The notes beneath the pieces were generated by a model, which was not told the DNA's origin, did not search any database, and was given only the letters and a program-made list of their open reading frames with translations. Positions 56,474 to 64,000 of a DNA stretch of 64,000 bases are shown piece after piece; the stretch's first letter is position 1; each line of letters begins with the position of its first letter. A program made the translations under genes and the position numbers. The DNA is from Candidatus Woesearchaeota archaeon (GTDB taxonomy: Archaea; Nanobdellota; Nanobdellia; Woesearchaeales; WJIZ01), in contig JAAOYF010000017.1 of the NCBI GenBank assembly GCA_018221205.1, positions 863 to 64,862 on the forward strand, in the 5' to 3' direction.

Positions 56474-57477
56474 ATGAACCCCGAATGTAAGGCAATCTTC
56501 AAAGCCTGGAGCTTTTCTGTAGTGAACTCCTCTTTGATACTTATCTCTATGATAAGCTGTGCCGGATTTCCTATCTTTTCTTCAAGGGTGAATGCTGATG
56601 CAGGTATCGATGCAGAGATTTCTGTGCCGAATCCATCATCGACAAGGCCATTGACAAGGCTGCATGAAAGCCCGATCAGATCAGCATTATCAGCAAAGTA
56701 GTAGCTCTTGACTGAATCAGTGCTTTGTTTGTCAGAGAACAGAAGATAGGTGATTGTCCCTGAGGCAGCATCCCTTTTCTTGATCTCTCCTCGCTCTCCC
56801 AGGAAATTCTTGACATCAAGATAGGGATCATTATCCTCTGTGATGAAGACCAGATCAGTGATAGGCCTGGATTTAGGGCAATTAAGAAAGTTTGGCTGCT
56901 TTTCTTCAAGTGTCGAGCTCACGGTGAGTTGATTAGGCGTCTTATAGAAGTAAAGATTCATGCCTTCTTCTCTCTTCACTTTGTTTTTGCGCAGCACCTC
57001 AAGTATAGGCATATACTTTGAGATGAATCCTTTCTTCGGCGGCTGGATATTTGAAGTGAGCAGCGCTGGTTTGATGGTAACAGAAGGGTTCTGGATGAAA
57101 TGCTCTCGTTCTCTCTCTGTGGTTGGTTCATCTCTTTTCTCAAAGACCTCGATCCGGTCTGTCTTGAGTTCCAGTCCGAACCAATAAGTATCTTGAGGAT
57201 AATGCAAAAATGCATTTCCCGGAACCGAAAGTAAAGTATCTGTCAATAGCGCAGTATCTTTTGCCAATAGTCTCTTCTGATAGAATGATTGCTCTCCTAC
57301 TTCTCCGATATAGCGGAAGATAAGAAGGAGTATAACAAGAAGTATGAAAAGATCGATGAACCAAAAGATGGCCTCTCCCTCTACACCCTTTTTTCCCAGT
57401 AGTTTAGCAGTAAACATTGACTCCTTTCTCACTTTTCCGTAATGTGCATGTATAGGTAACAGCATTCTCTTCATCAA
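56470..57477 (-). CDS. Pilin-like or secreted protein (class-III signal peptide); alternative start Met21 at 57417
   Basis: ...MFTAKLLGKKG|VEGEAIFWFIDLFILLVILLLIF followed by a ~280-aa hydrophilic domain. Confidence 0.5.
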   Translation of the reverse strand: MMKRMLLPIHAHYGKVRKESMFTAKLLGKKGVEGEAIFWFIDLFILLVILLLIFRYIGEVGEQSFYQKRLLAKDTALLTDTLLSVPGNAFLHYPQDTYWFGLELKTDRIEVFEKRDEPTTEREREHFIQNPSVTIKPALLTSNIQPPKKGFISKYMPILEVLRKNKVKREEGMNLYFYKTPNQLTVSSTLEEKQPNFLNCPKSRPITDLVFITEDNDPYLDVKNFLGERGEIKKRDAASGTITYLLFSDKQSTDSVKSYYFADNADLIGLSCSLVNGLVDDGFGTEISASIPASAFTLEEKIGNPAQLIIEISIKEEFTTEKLQALKIALHSGFI

Positions 57478-57868
57478 GCTTCGGCTCTGCCCTGAAATCC
57501 TCGACTAAGGCCTTCTCCAGCTCAATGCATTTCTTCAGTGCCTTGTTCTGGCAGTTTGAATCCTTGATACAGATGCACACGCAGGATTTTGTTGACGTGC
57601 ATCCTAATTGGCTGATCCCTTTGGTGAATCCTTGGATTTCATGGATCTCATCGATGTACATGGGAATTTGCTCCTCGATCTTCACCATGTTATCGATCTC
57701 TATCTGTAATCGTTCAAGGCTGCTCCTCGTTCCAGTCTCAAGATCCTGGACCCAGTAGCCGGTGAGCATGATGAAGATTTTCCATGCGATGAAAGAAAGT
57801 AAGACAAAGAACAATACCTCGATGAACAGCTTGATGCCGAATCCTTTCTTATTGACAGGTCGAAGCAT
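57404..57868 (-). CDS. Pilin-like protein (class-III signal peptide) with a Cys-rich C-terminus
   Basis: MLRPVNKKG|FGIKLFIEVLFFVLLSFIAW. Seven Cys in the C-terminal half. The ORF track's longer start (57907) would overlap the upstream gene by 59 nt. Confidence 0.45.
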   Translation of the reverse strand: MLRPVNKKGFGIKLFIEVLFFVLLSFIAWKIFIMLTGYWVQDLETGTRSSLERLQIEIDNMVKIEEQIPMYIDEIHEIQGFTKGISQLGCTSTKSCVCICIKDSNCQNKALKKCIELEKALVEDFRAEPKLDEENAVTYTCTLRKSEKGVNVYC

Positions 57869-58136
57869 CCTTGGTCCGTAGACTCCATTCCTCTCCTTTG
57901 CATTCATACAAATCTTTCCCTCTGCATTCCGTTTGTCCTGATGTGCATTTTCGTAATCCTAATCCTTCTAAAGCCTCGTTATTGCCGTCTCCTGCCCCCC
58001 GAGTAAGCTCCTTGAACGCATCAGAGATGCCTCCCATCCTTCCGGTGAAGATCGCGATGATGACAAACAATACTACAAGCAGAATAGCCGCGACAATCAC
58101 TGTATTCATCGTTAATTCCATTCCTTTTTTCATCAT
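57849..58136 (-). CDS. Small archaeal type IV pilin-like protein (class-III signal peptide, Cys4 C-terminal domain)
   Basis: MMKKG|MELTMNTVIVAAILLVVLFVIIAIFTGR, then C-x7-C-x7-C-x13-C. Confidence 0.6.
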   Translation of the reverse strand: MMKKGMELTMNTVIVAAILLVVLFVIIAIFTGRMGGISDAFKELTRGAGDGNNEALEGLGLRKCTSGQTECRGKDLYECKGEEWSLRTKDASTCQ

Positions 58137-58870
58137 CTCACCATCATATATGTTATGTCTTGTTCATCTCCCCTCATGAGAGCAACCAAGCTTGATTGTG
58201 ATATCTCCCCAATGACGATGCCTCCTCTCCGTGCGCTCGCCTCATACCATCCTATATTCTCGATCTTATCGATATACACACCATTTTGGCCTGAAGAGAA
58301 ATCAAAAGGCCGTTGACTGATCTTTCCTCTGAAATCATTTGCCCAGAGGATATTCGTGAATTCCAGTTCTCTCTTCCAATCCTCATCGACAAAGATATAG
58401 AACACGAATCTACCTTCCTCTTCTCGTGCAAGAACAAAGCCGTTGATGATGCCGTCATGAGGATCAAATTCATGCCCGATGCTCATCGCAACTAATTCAT
58501 CAGCCAATGCCCTCTTTTCAGACAGGCCCATCCCTCGTGTCTTGTTAAAAAAATCAGCAGGCAGATATTCTGAATCGAATTCCTCTCCTTTGTACATCCC
58601 TTGATAGAAGAATGAAGTCAATCCTTCAGAGGTGAAATAATCCTGCTGTGATTTCAACGTCTTTAAGCTGCCTTCTGTCGCCAGATACGTGTCGACGACA
58701 ACCTCTGCAGGATCTGTCGGGCTTTCATACACCCAATCTGAAGGATTATCAGTGAAGAATACTTTCTCTCGAGTAGGCTTCGGTGTCAATTCAGATATTA
58801 AGAATATCCCGGCAACTACCAAAACCAAAACTAATCCTATAATGATGATTATCTTCTTCATATTAATCAT
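58133..58870 (-). CDS. Secreted or anchored protein (N-terminal hydrophobic anchor), function unknown
   Basis: MINMKKIIIIIGLVLVLVVAGIFLI, then a hydrophilic acidic domain. Confidence 0.45.
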   Translation of the reverse strand: MINMKKIIIIIGLVLVLVVAGIFLISELTPKPTREKVFFTDNPSDWVYESPTDPAEVVVDTYLATEGSLKTLKSQQDYFTSEGLTSFFYQGMYKGEEFDSEYLPADFFNKTRGMGLSEKRALADELVAMSIGHEFDPHDGIINGFVLAREEEGRFVFYIFVDEDWKRELEFTNILWANDFRGKISQRPFDFSSGQNGVYIDKIENIGWYEASARRGGIVIGEISQSSLVALMRGDEQDITYMMVR

Positions 58871-61847
58871 GACTCGGCCACTGGCTAGGTATATCGATAG
58901 CTGCTTCTTTCAATACTTCCCCACTCACTCCTGTCGCCATTCCTACCCCTGCCATACAAACAGGTATGAGGGGGGGTGCAGCAACAAAAACTACGCATGC
59001 AAAAGGTGCAAGAACCTCTGTTATACTTACAACGGCTTTGAAAGTGGTATCAAAATCGCTAATGCCATGATAACAGTAATTATCCTCTCCGAAATTCTCA
59101 ACTTGCGGATTTATTTGGATACAAAGAGGTGTATAGATCGGATTTGCAAAACTTACAGTTTCTACAAAGCTCTTAGGGTGACATTCTTTTATTGCATTAT
59201 GTTCATTGTCAATACTATAGAGCATTGTGCTATCACCATCAAAATGATCATAATCAAGAAATATTCCAGTTGGTTTCCCCTCTCCATCCTTTATCTCGTA
59301 TTTTTTCCCTGTTTTGTATACTCCTGATTCCTCATTTTCATCATAATAACATTCACAGCTACTTACTTCAAGAAGGATATCTGTTTGGCAGGGACTGACA
59401 AGATGGAACCGTTGAGGATCCTGATCAAACCATCCTTTATCTTTGGTTAGAGATAGATAATAGCGATTGGTCTCAGGCAACATGCCTTGTAAACCTGGTT
59501 CACCGTAATCTTCTAGGAATTGTTTTGCAAGTTCTTTATGACTTTCAACTTTTTTTGTCTGATCAGTCGATGCTATCCCATCAGTAAAGTTGTTGATATC
59601 AGAGTAACTCACATCAAGGAAGTTAAATTCGCCGTAGGTAGCAGTATGCAGATAGGGTGTTTTCAGTCCCATCGCATTGGTACCTATTGGATAATATTTT
59701 GCTTCCATACTTTCAAGTCTGGTTGCTATCACACCGACTGCCATAGCCAGAAGGTGTCTCTTCTTCATTAATGGATTTGTCATATCTAACCCCCTTGATG
59801 CAACGCTTAGATACATTCGTTCTGTTCTAGAAACAAGTGCCCGCACGTCAGTAGAGGTGACGAAGTTTTTTAATTCTCTCAACGCTTGCTTTTTTGCCTC
59901 GTCAGTAAATTCTCTCCCGGTTTGGCCAAGAATGAATTCCCCCGTCTCTTGATTTAGGATGAGTTTTTGTGCTTTCCTTTGATTTGCCAAGAATATTCGA
60001 AGTTCGTTAGGGCTCATTTTAGTGAGCATTGTCTCGCTATCTCTCAAAATGCCAATAAGAAACCCCTTTCTTTCTGCCTCACTCATATCTAATGCTGCAT
60101 GCTTGAGCATATTGTTTGCCCTATTAGCTGTCCTTTGGGTGTTTAGCGCAGCTCTTGCTAATAATTTCCAGGTGGCATCATACATCTCTTTGCCCATGGT
60201 GGTTCCTAAATCTCTAATCACACTATCAAAATTTGGGATATCTCGCTTAAGCGCATTCATGATCAGCCGGTCTTCTGCACTATCCTTAAATGTCCCTTGC
60301 ATCACTCGGCTGAATTCCCCACCAAAAGCTTCTCTGCCCTGGGTTGTTATCCTGCCTGCGCTATCAAACGCATCATCTCCTAGACTACCAAATGCCTCAG
60401 CAGCTTTTTTCTTCATAAGTAATATAGAGTCCTCTCCTAGCTCTTCGACTGCTTCCTTACCTAGTCTCTTTCGTAATGTTTCCTTGATGATGATCTCTCC
60501 TGCTTCTTCTATAGTATCGGCAGCTACACCTCTTCGCAGAATAAACCTGGCTGAATTCTTGATGGCTGTTAAGAAAACATCTCCTACAGCCCCCACCGCT
60601 GCACGCATCTGTTGTTTGAACGGTACAATCTTTCCTGCTAGCTTTACTGTTCCTCCGACTAATTTGCCTCCTACTTTTACAACGCCTACTAATGGTCGGA
60701 TAACTGGGGCCGCGATCCTTCCAAGGCCCATAGTGATTACACTTAAGGTGCTGATAGCGATTTCTGTACCGATAATAGCAGCAAAACCAACTTGATAGCT
60801 ATCCATTTCCCAGTAAGTTGCCTCCTCTTGTGGAAATTTCTCATAGAATAAGATATAATTAGGATCTCCATAAGCTGCTAACCATTCTTCAGAAAGATAG
60901 CCGATTGCTCCCCCAACCCCACTTCTCTCAGCAAATTCCTGCGGCAACGCAAAATTATTCACTTTATAGCCGAAAGATAATCTATTAGTATCAGCTTCAC
61001 AGGCATTTCCTAAAGAGTCGGCGTGAAAAAATACTTCATTAAGGCCATCATTATTTGCGCAGATGCTCACTTGCTGGCCTTCTCTGCTTGTAAAATAATC
61101 ATCCGGCAGTTTCTCCCAGTTGAGGTTCTCAGAATTGAAAATACTATACCAGCTTCCGCCTGTGATATCCTCGACTTCATTAGCGCAGGTATCTTTAGGA
61201 ATGTGTTTGAATCGCTCGCTGAGATAATAACAGATATTCCACTTCTCCTTTTCCAGATAGGAAAGAAAGTCCTTTTCAGAGAGTTTATCAATTGCAGGAA
61301 GATGTTTATACCCATCCTCAAAGACAATAGAATAACAATTAGTATTTTCAGTATCTTTATCATGGAAGATAAGCCAGCAGTTGATCGTACCGATAGCCAA
61401 TTCCCGTAATCCTTCATCATACGTAGCAGAAGGAGAGACAAACACCGTCTCCCTATCATAATACGTCGGCTTGATATCGACGCTGCCGAAAGATCTCATA
61501 TAAGGCTCCTGCAGTTTCTTCCGTTCTGCAGGTGTTTTGAACACATTGGGATCGAAAAGGCCAAGGACTTTGTCCTTCTCCTCTTTATAAGTATCAATAT
61601 AAGCCAGGCTATTGACAGCAAATATCAATCCATTGACAGAATTGACAGCATTCTGGTTCATCTGTTGGGTAAGGTTGAATCGTTCCTGCATCTCCTGATC
61701 GAATTGGCTGATATTCGCATTTCCCAGAAGATATTGCACCGGTGTGCTGCTCAGGTCAGCCATGATTCTCCAGCCCGATACGATGACAAAGAATACTATG
61801 ATTCCTTTTATAATCGTGGCCAGTGTGAATGCTTCTCCTTTTTTCAT
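58863..61847 (-). CDS. Giant (994 aa) surface or membrane protein with a class-III-like N-terminus, internal Gly-rich hydrophobic segments and a C-terminal hydrophobic anchor
   Basis: MKKG|EAFTLATIIKGIIVFFVIVSGW; central GFAAIIGTEIAISTLSVITMGLGRIAAPVIRPLVGVVKVGG; C-terminal FACVVFVAAPPLIPVCMAGVGMATGV. No known domains recognised. Confidence 0.5.
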   Translation of the reverse strand: MKKGEAFTLATIIKGIIVFFVIVSGWRIMADLSSTPVQYLLGNANISQFDQEMQERFNLTQQMNQNAVNSVNGLIFAVNSLAYIDTYKEEKDKVLGLFDPNVFKTPAERKKLQEPYMRSFGSVDIKPTYYDRETVFVSPSATYDEGLRELAIGTINCWLIFHDKDTENTNCYSIVFEDGYKHLPAIDKLSEKDFLSYLEKEKWNICYYLSERFKHIPKDTCANEVEDITGGSWYSIFNSENLNWEKLPDDYFTSREGQQVSICANNDGLNEVFFHADSLGNACEADTNRLSFGYKVNNFALPQEFAERSGVGGAIGYLSEEWLAAYGDPNYILFYEKFPQEEATYWEMDSYQVGFAAIIGTEIAISTLSVITMGLGRIAAPVIRPLVGVVKVGGKLVGGTVKLAGKIVPFKQQMRAAVGAVGDVFLTAIKNSARFILRRGVAADTIEEAGEIIIKETLRKRLGKEAVEELGEDSILLMKKKAAEAFGSLGDDAFDSAGRITTQGREAFGGEFSRVMQGTFKDSAEDRLIMNALKRDIPNFDSVIRDLGTTMGKEMYDATWKLLARAALNTQRTANRANNMLKHAALDMSEAERKGFLIGILRDSETMLTKMSPNELRIFLANQRKAQKLILNQETGEFILGQTGREFTDEAKKQALRELKNFVTSTDVRALVSRTERMYLSVASRGLDMTNPLMKKRHLLAMAVGVIATRLESMEAKYYPIGTNAMGLKTPYLHTATYGEFNFLDVSYSDINNFTDGIASTDQTKKVESHKELAKQFLEDYGEPGLQGMLPETNRYYLSLTKDKGWFDQDPQRFHLVSPCQTDILLEVSSCECYYDENEESGVYKTGKKYEIKDGEGKPTGIFLDYDHFDGDSTMLYSIDNEHNAIKECHPKSFVETVSFANPIYTPLCIQINPQVENFGEDNYCYHGISDFDTTFKAVVSITEVLAPFACVVFVAAPPLIPVCMAGVGMATGVSGEVLKEAAIDIPSQWPSHD

Positions 61848-61993
61848 GTTCCGAAAAGATTATCTAAAAGGGCAAACGAGCTCCCCTTGAATTTTCCGAT
61901 GATCAGTAGGATGACGATAAGTACTAAGAGTACAAAGAGGAACCATCCGATAAAGTCCCATGTTATTGCTTTCTTCAGGCGAGTACGTCGCAT
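61844..61993 (-). CDS. Unannotated small ORF (49 aa), single-TM protein, translationally coupled to the 994-aa gene
   Basis: Manual translation gives MRRTRLKKAITWDFIGWFLFVLLVLIVILLIIGKFKGSSFALLDNLFGT. Its TGA overlaps the ATG of the downstream gene (ATGA). Confidence 0.35.
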   Translation of the reverse strand: MRRTRLKKAITWDFIGWFLFVLLVLIVILLIIGKFKGSSFALLDNLFGT

Positions 61994-62820
61994 ATTTGAG
62001 CCACCTCACTGTAAAGTACTACATCCATCACATTGACAAATTCCTTTCCTTCCTCTGTCTCAATGCTTAGCCAATTCTCCTTGATATAATCCCATGCGCT
62101 AGATGAAAGAGCATCTACTTGATGTTGGTTTATTGCCTTGAACACAATAGCGTAGGATTCTTTCAAAGAATAATCATAATAGGGAAACTGAAACGCATCT
62201 ACGGGATCCAGCGTCAGTTCATAATAGCTGATCTCATGATACTTGGGTTTTTTCGACCGCATATAATTATCGAGTGTAAGATCCAGACCAGAGTATTCTA
62301 ATGGACCGAATTTTGAATAGCGGACTTCATTATCTATGATACCCTCGAATTTTTTCTGGACAGAAGTATCAAAGGTGAATTGCGCGCACATCACACATTG
62401 TCTGCTCGTGTCCCATGCATCCAACACTTGCAGCCTGCCTTGAGCAAATTGGTCCCAGCAGTCAAATATCAACCCAGAGATGACTTTATTGGAGGCATTG
62501 AGATAGCATTCCTGACCTTTCTCATTGTCGAGTTTCCCGCATTTGATCTTGTGCTCAGTATCTGTCTTCCTAGATTCAATAGTGTATTTATTCTCAAAGA
62601 GCGTGACATATCTGGTTGGACAATCAAGTTCAAAGCCTTCTGTATTGGCGACCGGCAACCTGCCTTTTGAGTTCCAGATGACTGATTGTACACAGGTCTG
62701 TTTATCATAGAAAGGGGATGTTCCCTGATCTATCTTCTTGATGAGCAGCATCCCTATTCCGCTCACTACCAAAGCGAGGATAAGCATAGCCAAAAACCCA
62801 GCTGCGATTCCTTTTTTCAT
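61975..62820 (-). CDS. Pilin-like or secreted protein (class-III signal peptide) with a Cys-rich domain
   Basis: MKKG|IAAGFLAMLILALVVSGIGMLLI. Eight Cys in the mature part. Confidence 0.5.
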   Translation of the reverse strand: MKKGIAAGFLAMLILALVVSGIGMLLIKKIDQGTSPFYDKQTCVQSVIWNSKGRLPVANTEGFELDCPTRYVTLFENKYTIESRKTDTEHKIKCGKLDNEKGQECYLNASNKVISGLIFDCWDQFAQGRLQVLDAWDTSRQCVMCAQFTFDTSVQKKFEGIIDNEVRYSKFGPLEYSGLDLTLDNYMRSKKPKYHEISYYELTLDPVDAFQFPYYDYSLKESYAIVFKAINQHQVDALSSSAWDYIKENWLSIETEEGKEFVNVMDVVLYSEVAQICDVLA

Positions 62821-62969
62821 GGTAGTCTAAGATAGGTTGAAGCATATCTATAGATGATGATGAGCAGAACAATGACAAAGATCCATATCCAGATCATATT
62901 GGTGCCGCTTTCAATAGGCTGACCCTCTGCCGCTAACTCTGCTCTCTTACCTAAAACTCCATTCTCCAT
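62817..62969 (-). CDS. Unannotated small ORF (50 aa), single-TM protein, translationally coupled to the downstream 281-aa gene
   Basis: Manual translation gives MENGVLGKRAELAAEGQPIESGTNMIWIWIFVIVLLIIIYRYASTYLRLP. ATGA overlap with the next gene. A/T-rich TATA-like sequence lies 15-35 nt upstream (62975-63005). Confidence 0.3.
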   Translation of the reverse strand: MENGVLGKRAELAAEGQPIESGTNMIWIWIFVIVLLIIIYRYASTYLRLP

Positions 62970-63008
62970 CCTAATCAGTATAAAAATTGCTATACTAGTA
63001 TATAAATA

Positions 63009-63263
63009 TTATCCTTCAATCAGGCAACAGACCTTATTTGGAGGCACATCATAGAATTGCCCATTGACAGGGCTTCCTTTCTCTAGACAATCAGACTTAG
63101 AAAGGGTGCTTTTATTCTCTCCGGCGCAAGACACGCTTGCTGTACTTTTTTCCAGATCATCAGTGAAGGAGATGATGCCTGAAAAGAAAAAGAGGACAAT
63201 CACAAGAAAGATAACAGCAGAGATAACAGCAAAGACTTTAGTGGGATTGACGGTTACCATCAA
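63009..63263 (-). CDS. Small pilin-like protein with an N-terminal TM helix and a Cys4 C-terminal domain (paralog of 63270-63572)
   Basis: Hydrophobic VFAVISAVIFLVIVLFFF, then C-x12-C-x20-CC. Confidence 0.5.
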   Translation of the reverse strand: MMVTVNPTKVFAVISAVIFLVIVLFFFSGIISFTDDLEKSTASVSCAGENKSTLSKSDCLEKGSPVNGQFYDVPPNKVCCLIEG

Positions 63264-63269
63264 CCCATG

Positions 63270-63572
63270 CTAACCCACTTTCTTCTTCGAACAGCAGATA
63301 TTATCGCCTTCCACATCAAGATATCTGCCTGGAAGCACCTGATCGCATTCTGATCTCAGTGTGGGTTCTCCACCTAATGAAACGCATTTTTGCGCTTCAT
63401 CTATTCCCAAGCCGAATAAACTGATCCTTCCAGTGAAGACAGCGATAAGAACAACAAGTACAATCAGAGCTATAGCAGCTACAATGATGACATTGATGGA
63501 TATGCCTTGTGCCTTCCTTGAAAATCCTTGATTTTCGAGGCGCTCGAACATCTTTGATGGTTGACGTTTCAT
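63270..63572 (-). CDS. Small archaeal type IV pilin-like protein (class-III signal peptide, Cys4 domain); alternative start Met8 at 63551
   Basis: ...SRKA|QGISINVIIVAAIALIVLVVLIAVFTGR. The pilin N-terminus and the FTGR motif are shared with 57849-58136. C-x10-C-x16-CC. Confidence 0.55.
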   Translation of the reverse strand: MKRQPSKMFERLENQGFSRKAQGISINVIIVAAIALIVLVVLIAVFTGRISLFGLGIDEAQKCVSLGGEPTLRSECDQVLPGRYLDVEGDNICCSKKKVG

Positions 63573-63628
63573 AGTATCCCTCTTTTAGTTTGTTTCCGGA
63601 TTTCTATTATATAAATATATCGATAAGT

Positions 63629-64000
63629 TCAGTCCCCCTCACAGATAAACAAGCTCAAATAAAGGGTATTGGGTGGGTTTAAAGGAAGGGGCTGCTGCTT
63701 CATCCTCCTATTGCCTGTGCAATCGTCGTCATCAAAAGTGAGTATGTCCTTGCTCGTCCCTTCAATATCATTAGGATCAAAGCTGGCATAAAAATTGTAA
63801 TTGATGTTCCATGAGTTGAAGGTGGACCCGAATAGCTCACCGAGCTTGTTGCGGAGATAAAAGCAGGAATACGCATCAGGATTGCTGCATCGTATTCTTC
63901 CATCTGGAGGATTGTTAGCACAATCCTGGAAAAGCGTGCTCATCTTGATATCTGAGCAATCTGGGTTGTTCGTCTCCATCATCGCATTCAGAAAGTTTGC
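63629..64000 (-). CDS. C-terminal fragment of a Cys-rich secreted protein; the ORF continues past the window end
   Basis: The reading frame is open from 64000 down to the stop at 63629. Cys-rich, Asn/Asp-rich, no TM segment. Confidence 0.35.
   Translation of the reverse strand, partial: ANFLNAMMETNNPDCSDIKMSTLFQDCANNPPDGRIRCSNPDAYSCFYLRNKLGELFGSTFNSWNINYNFYASFDPNDIEGTSKDILTFDDDDCTGNRRMKQQPLPLNPPNTLYLSLFICEGD

Noticed and set aside
56474-60795. Plus-strand ORFs (up to 257 aa, 60022-60795) opposite the pilin-like operon
   Set aside because: The composition is low-complexity and Ser/Ala/Pro-rich. They are antisense to long, coupled minus-strand ORFs that have consistent class-III signal peptides.
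1-64000. CRISPR arrays, transposases, integrases and tRNA genes
   Set aside because: I scanned intergenic regions for direct repeats with regular spacers, for tRNA T-loop/acceptor patterns and for DDE or tyrosine-recombinase motifs and found none. The only short repeat noted is the TGTCCAGTGCC pair in the candidate ncRNA.

Overview
This 64 kb window is AT-rich (about 40% GC judged by eye) and almost certainly archaeal. The evidence for that is palindromic TTTAWATA TATA boxes 20-35 nt upstream of most starts, many class-III (prepilin-like) signal peptides, and hallmark genes PriS primase, RadA, RPA, Taw1 and Dph2 (diphthamide synthesis). It also carries an unlinked 5S rRNA whose sequence resembles Thermoplasma-type 5S. 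The window falls into three blocks. (1) 1-37.3 kb is a very large cell-surface glycan biosynthesis island with at least five nucleotide-sugar routes. These are CDP-hexose (rfbF/rfbG plus an NDP-hexose C-methyltransferase), GDP-6-deoxymannose (gmd/rmd-like), UDP-xylose (ugd/uxs), UDP-ManNAc(A) (wecB plus a truncated dehydrogenase) and CDP-glycerol (tagD plus a CDP-alcohol phosphatidyltransferase). The island also holds about 11 glycosyltransferases (GT2, GT4, one GT9), four or five polytopic GT-C-like membrane proteins, Wzx-type and other flippase-like proteins, five SAM methyltransferases and an AsnB amidotransferase. (2) 37.3-54 kb is mostly housekeeping: 5S rRNA, a PriS primase with an unusual C-terminal domain, an FkbM methyltransferase, Taw1, a frameshift-split Dph2, a MiaB-like methylthiotransferase, thyA-folA, a MutY-like glycosylase, radA and rpa. 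Embedded in it is an unexpected isoprenoid cluster (GGR-like reductase, IspG, squalene/phytoene-synthase-like, IspH); IspG and IspH are MEP-pathway enzymes not expected in an archaeon. A GC-rich untranslated stretch at 52.3-52.6 kb is a candidate structured RNA. (3) 54-64 kb is one co-directional, translationally coupled minus-strand operon of at least 12 secreted or membrane proteins. Most begin with KKG-hydrophobic class-III signal peptides. The operon includes a 994-aa giant, three paralogous small Cys4 pilin-like proteins and two unannotated ~50-aa transmembrane ORFs, with no assembly ATPase in the window. This operon is my best candidate for an undescribed surface-filament or adhesion system. 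No CRISPR array, transposase, integrase or tRNA was recognised.
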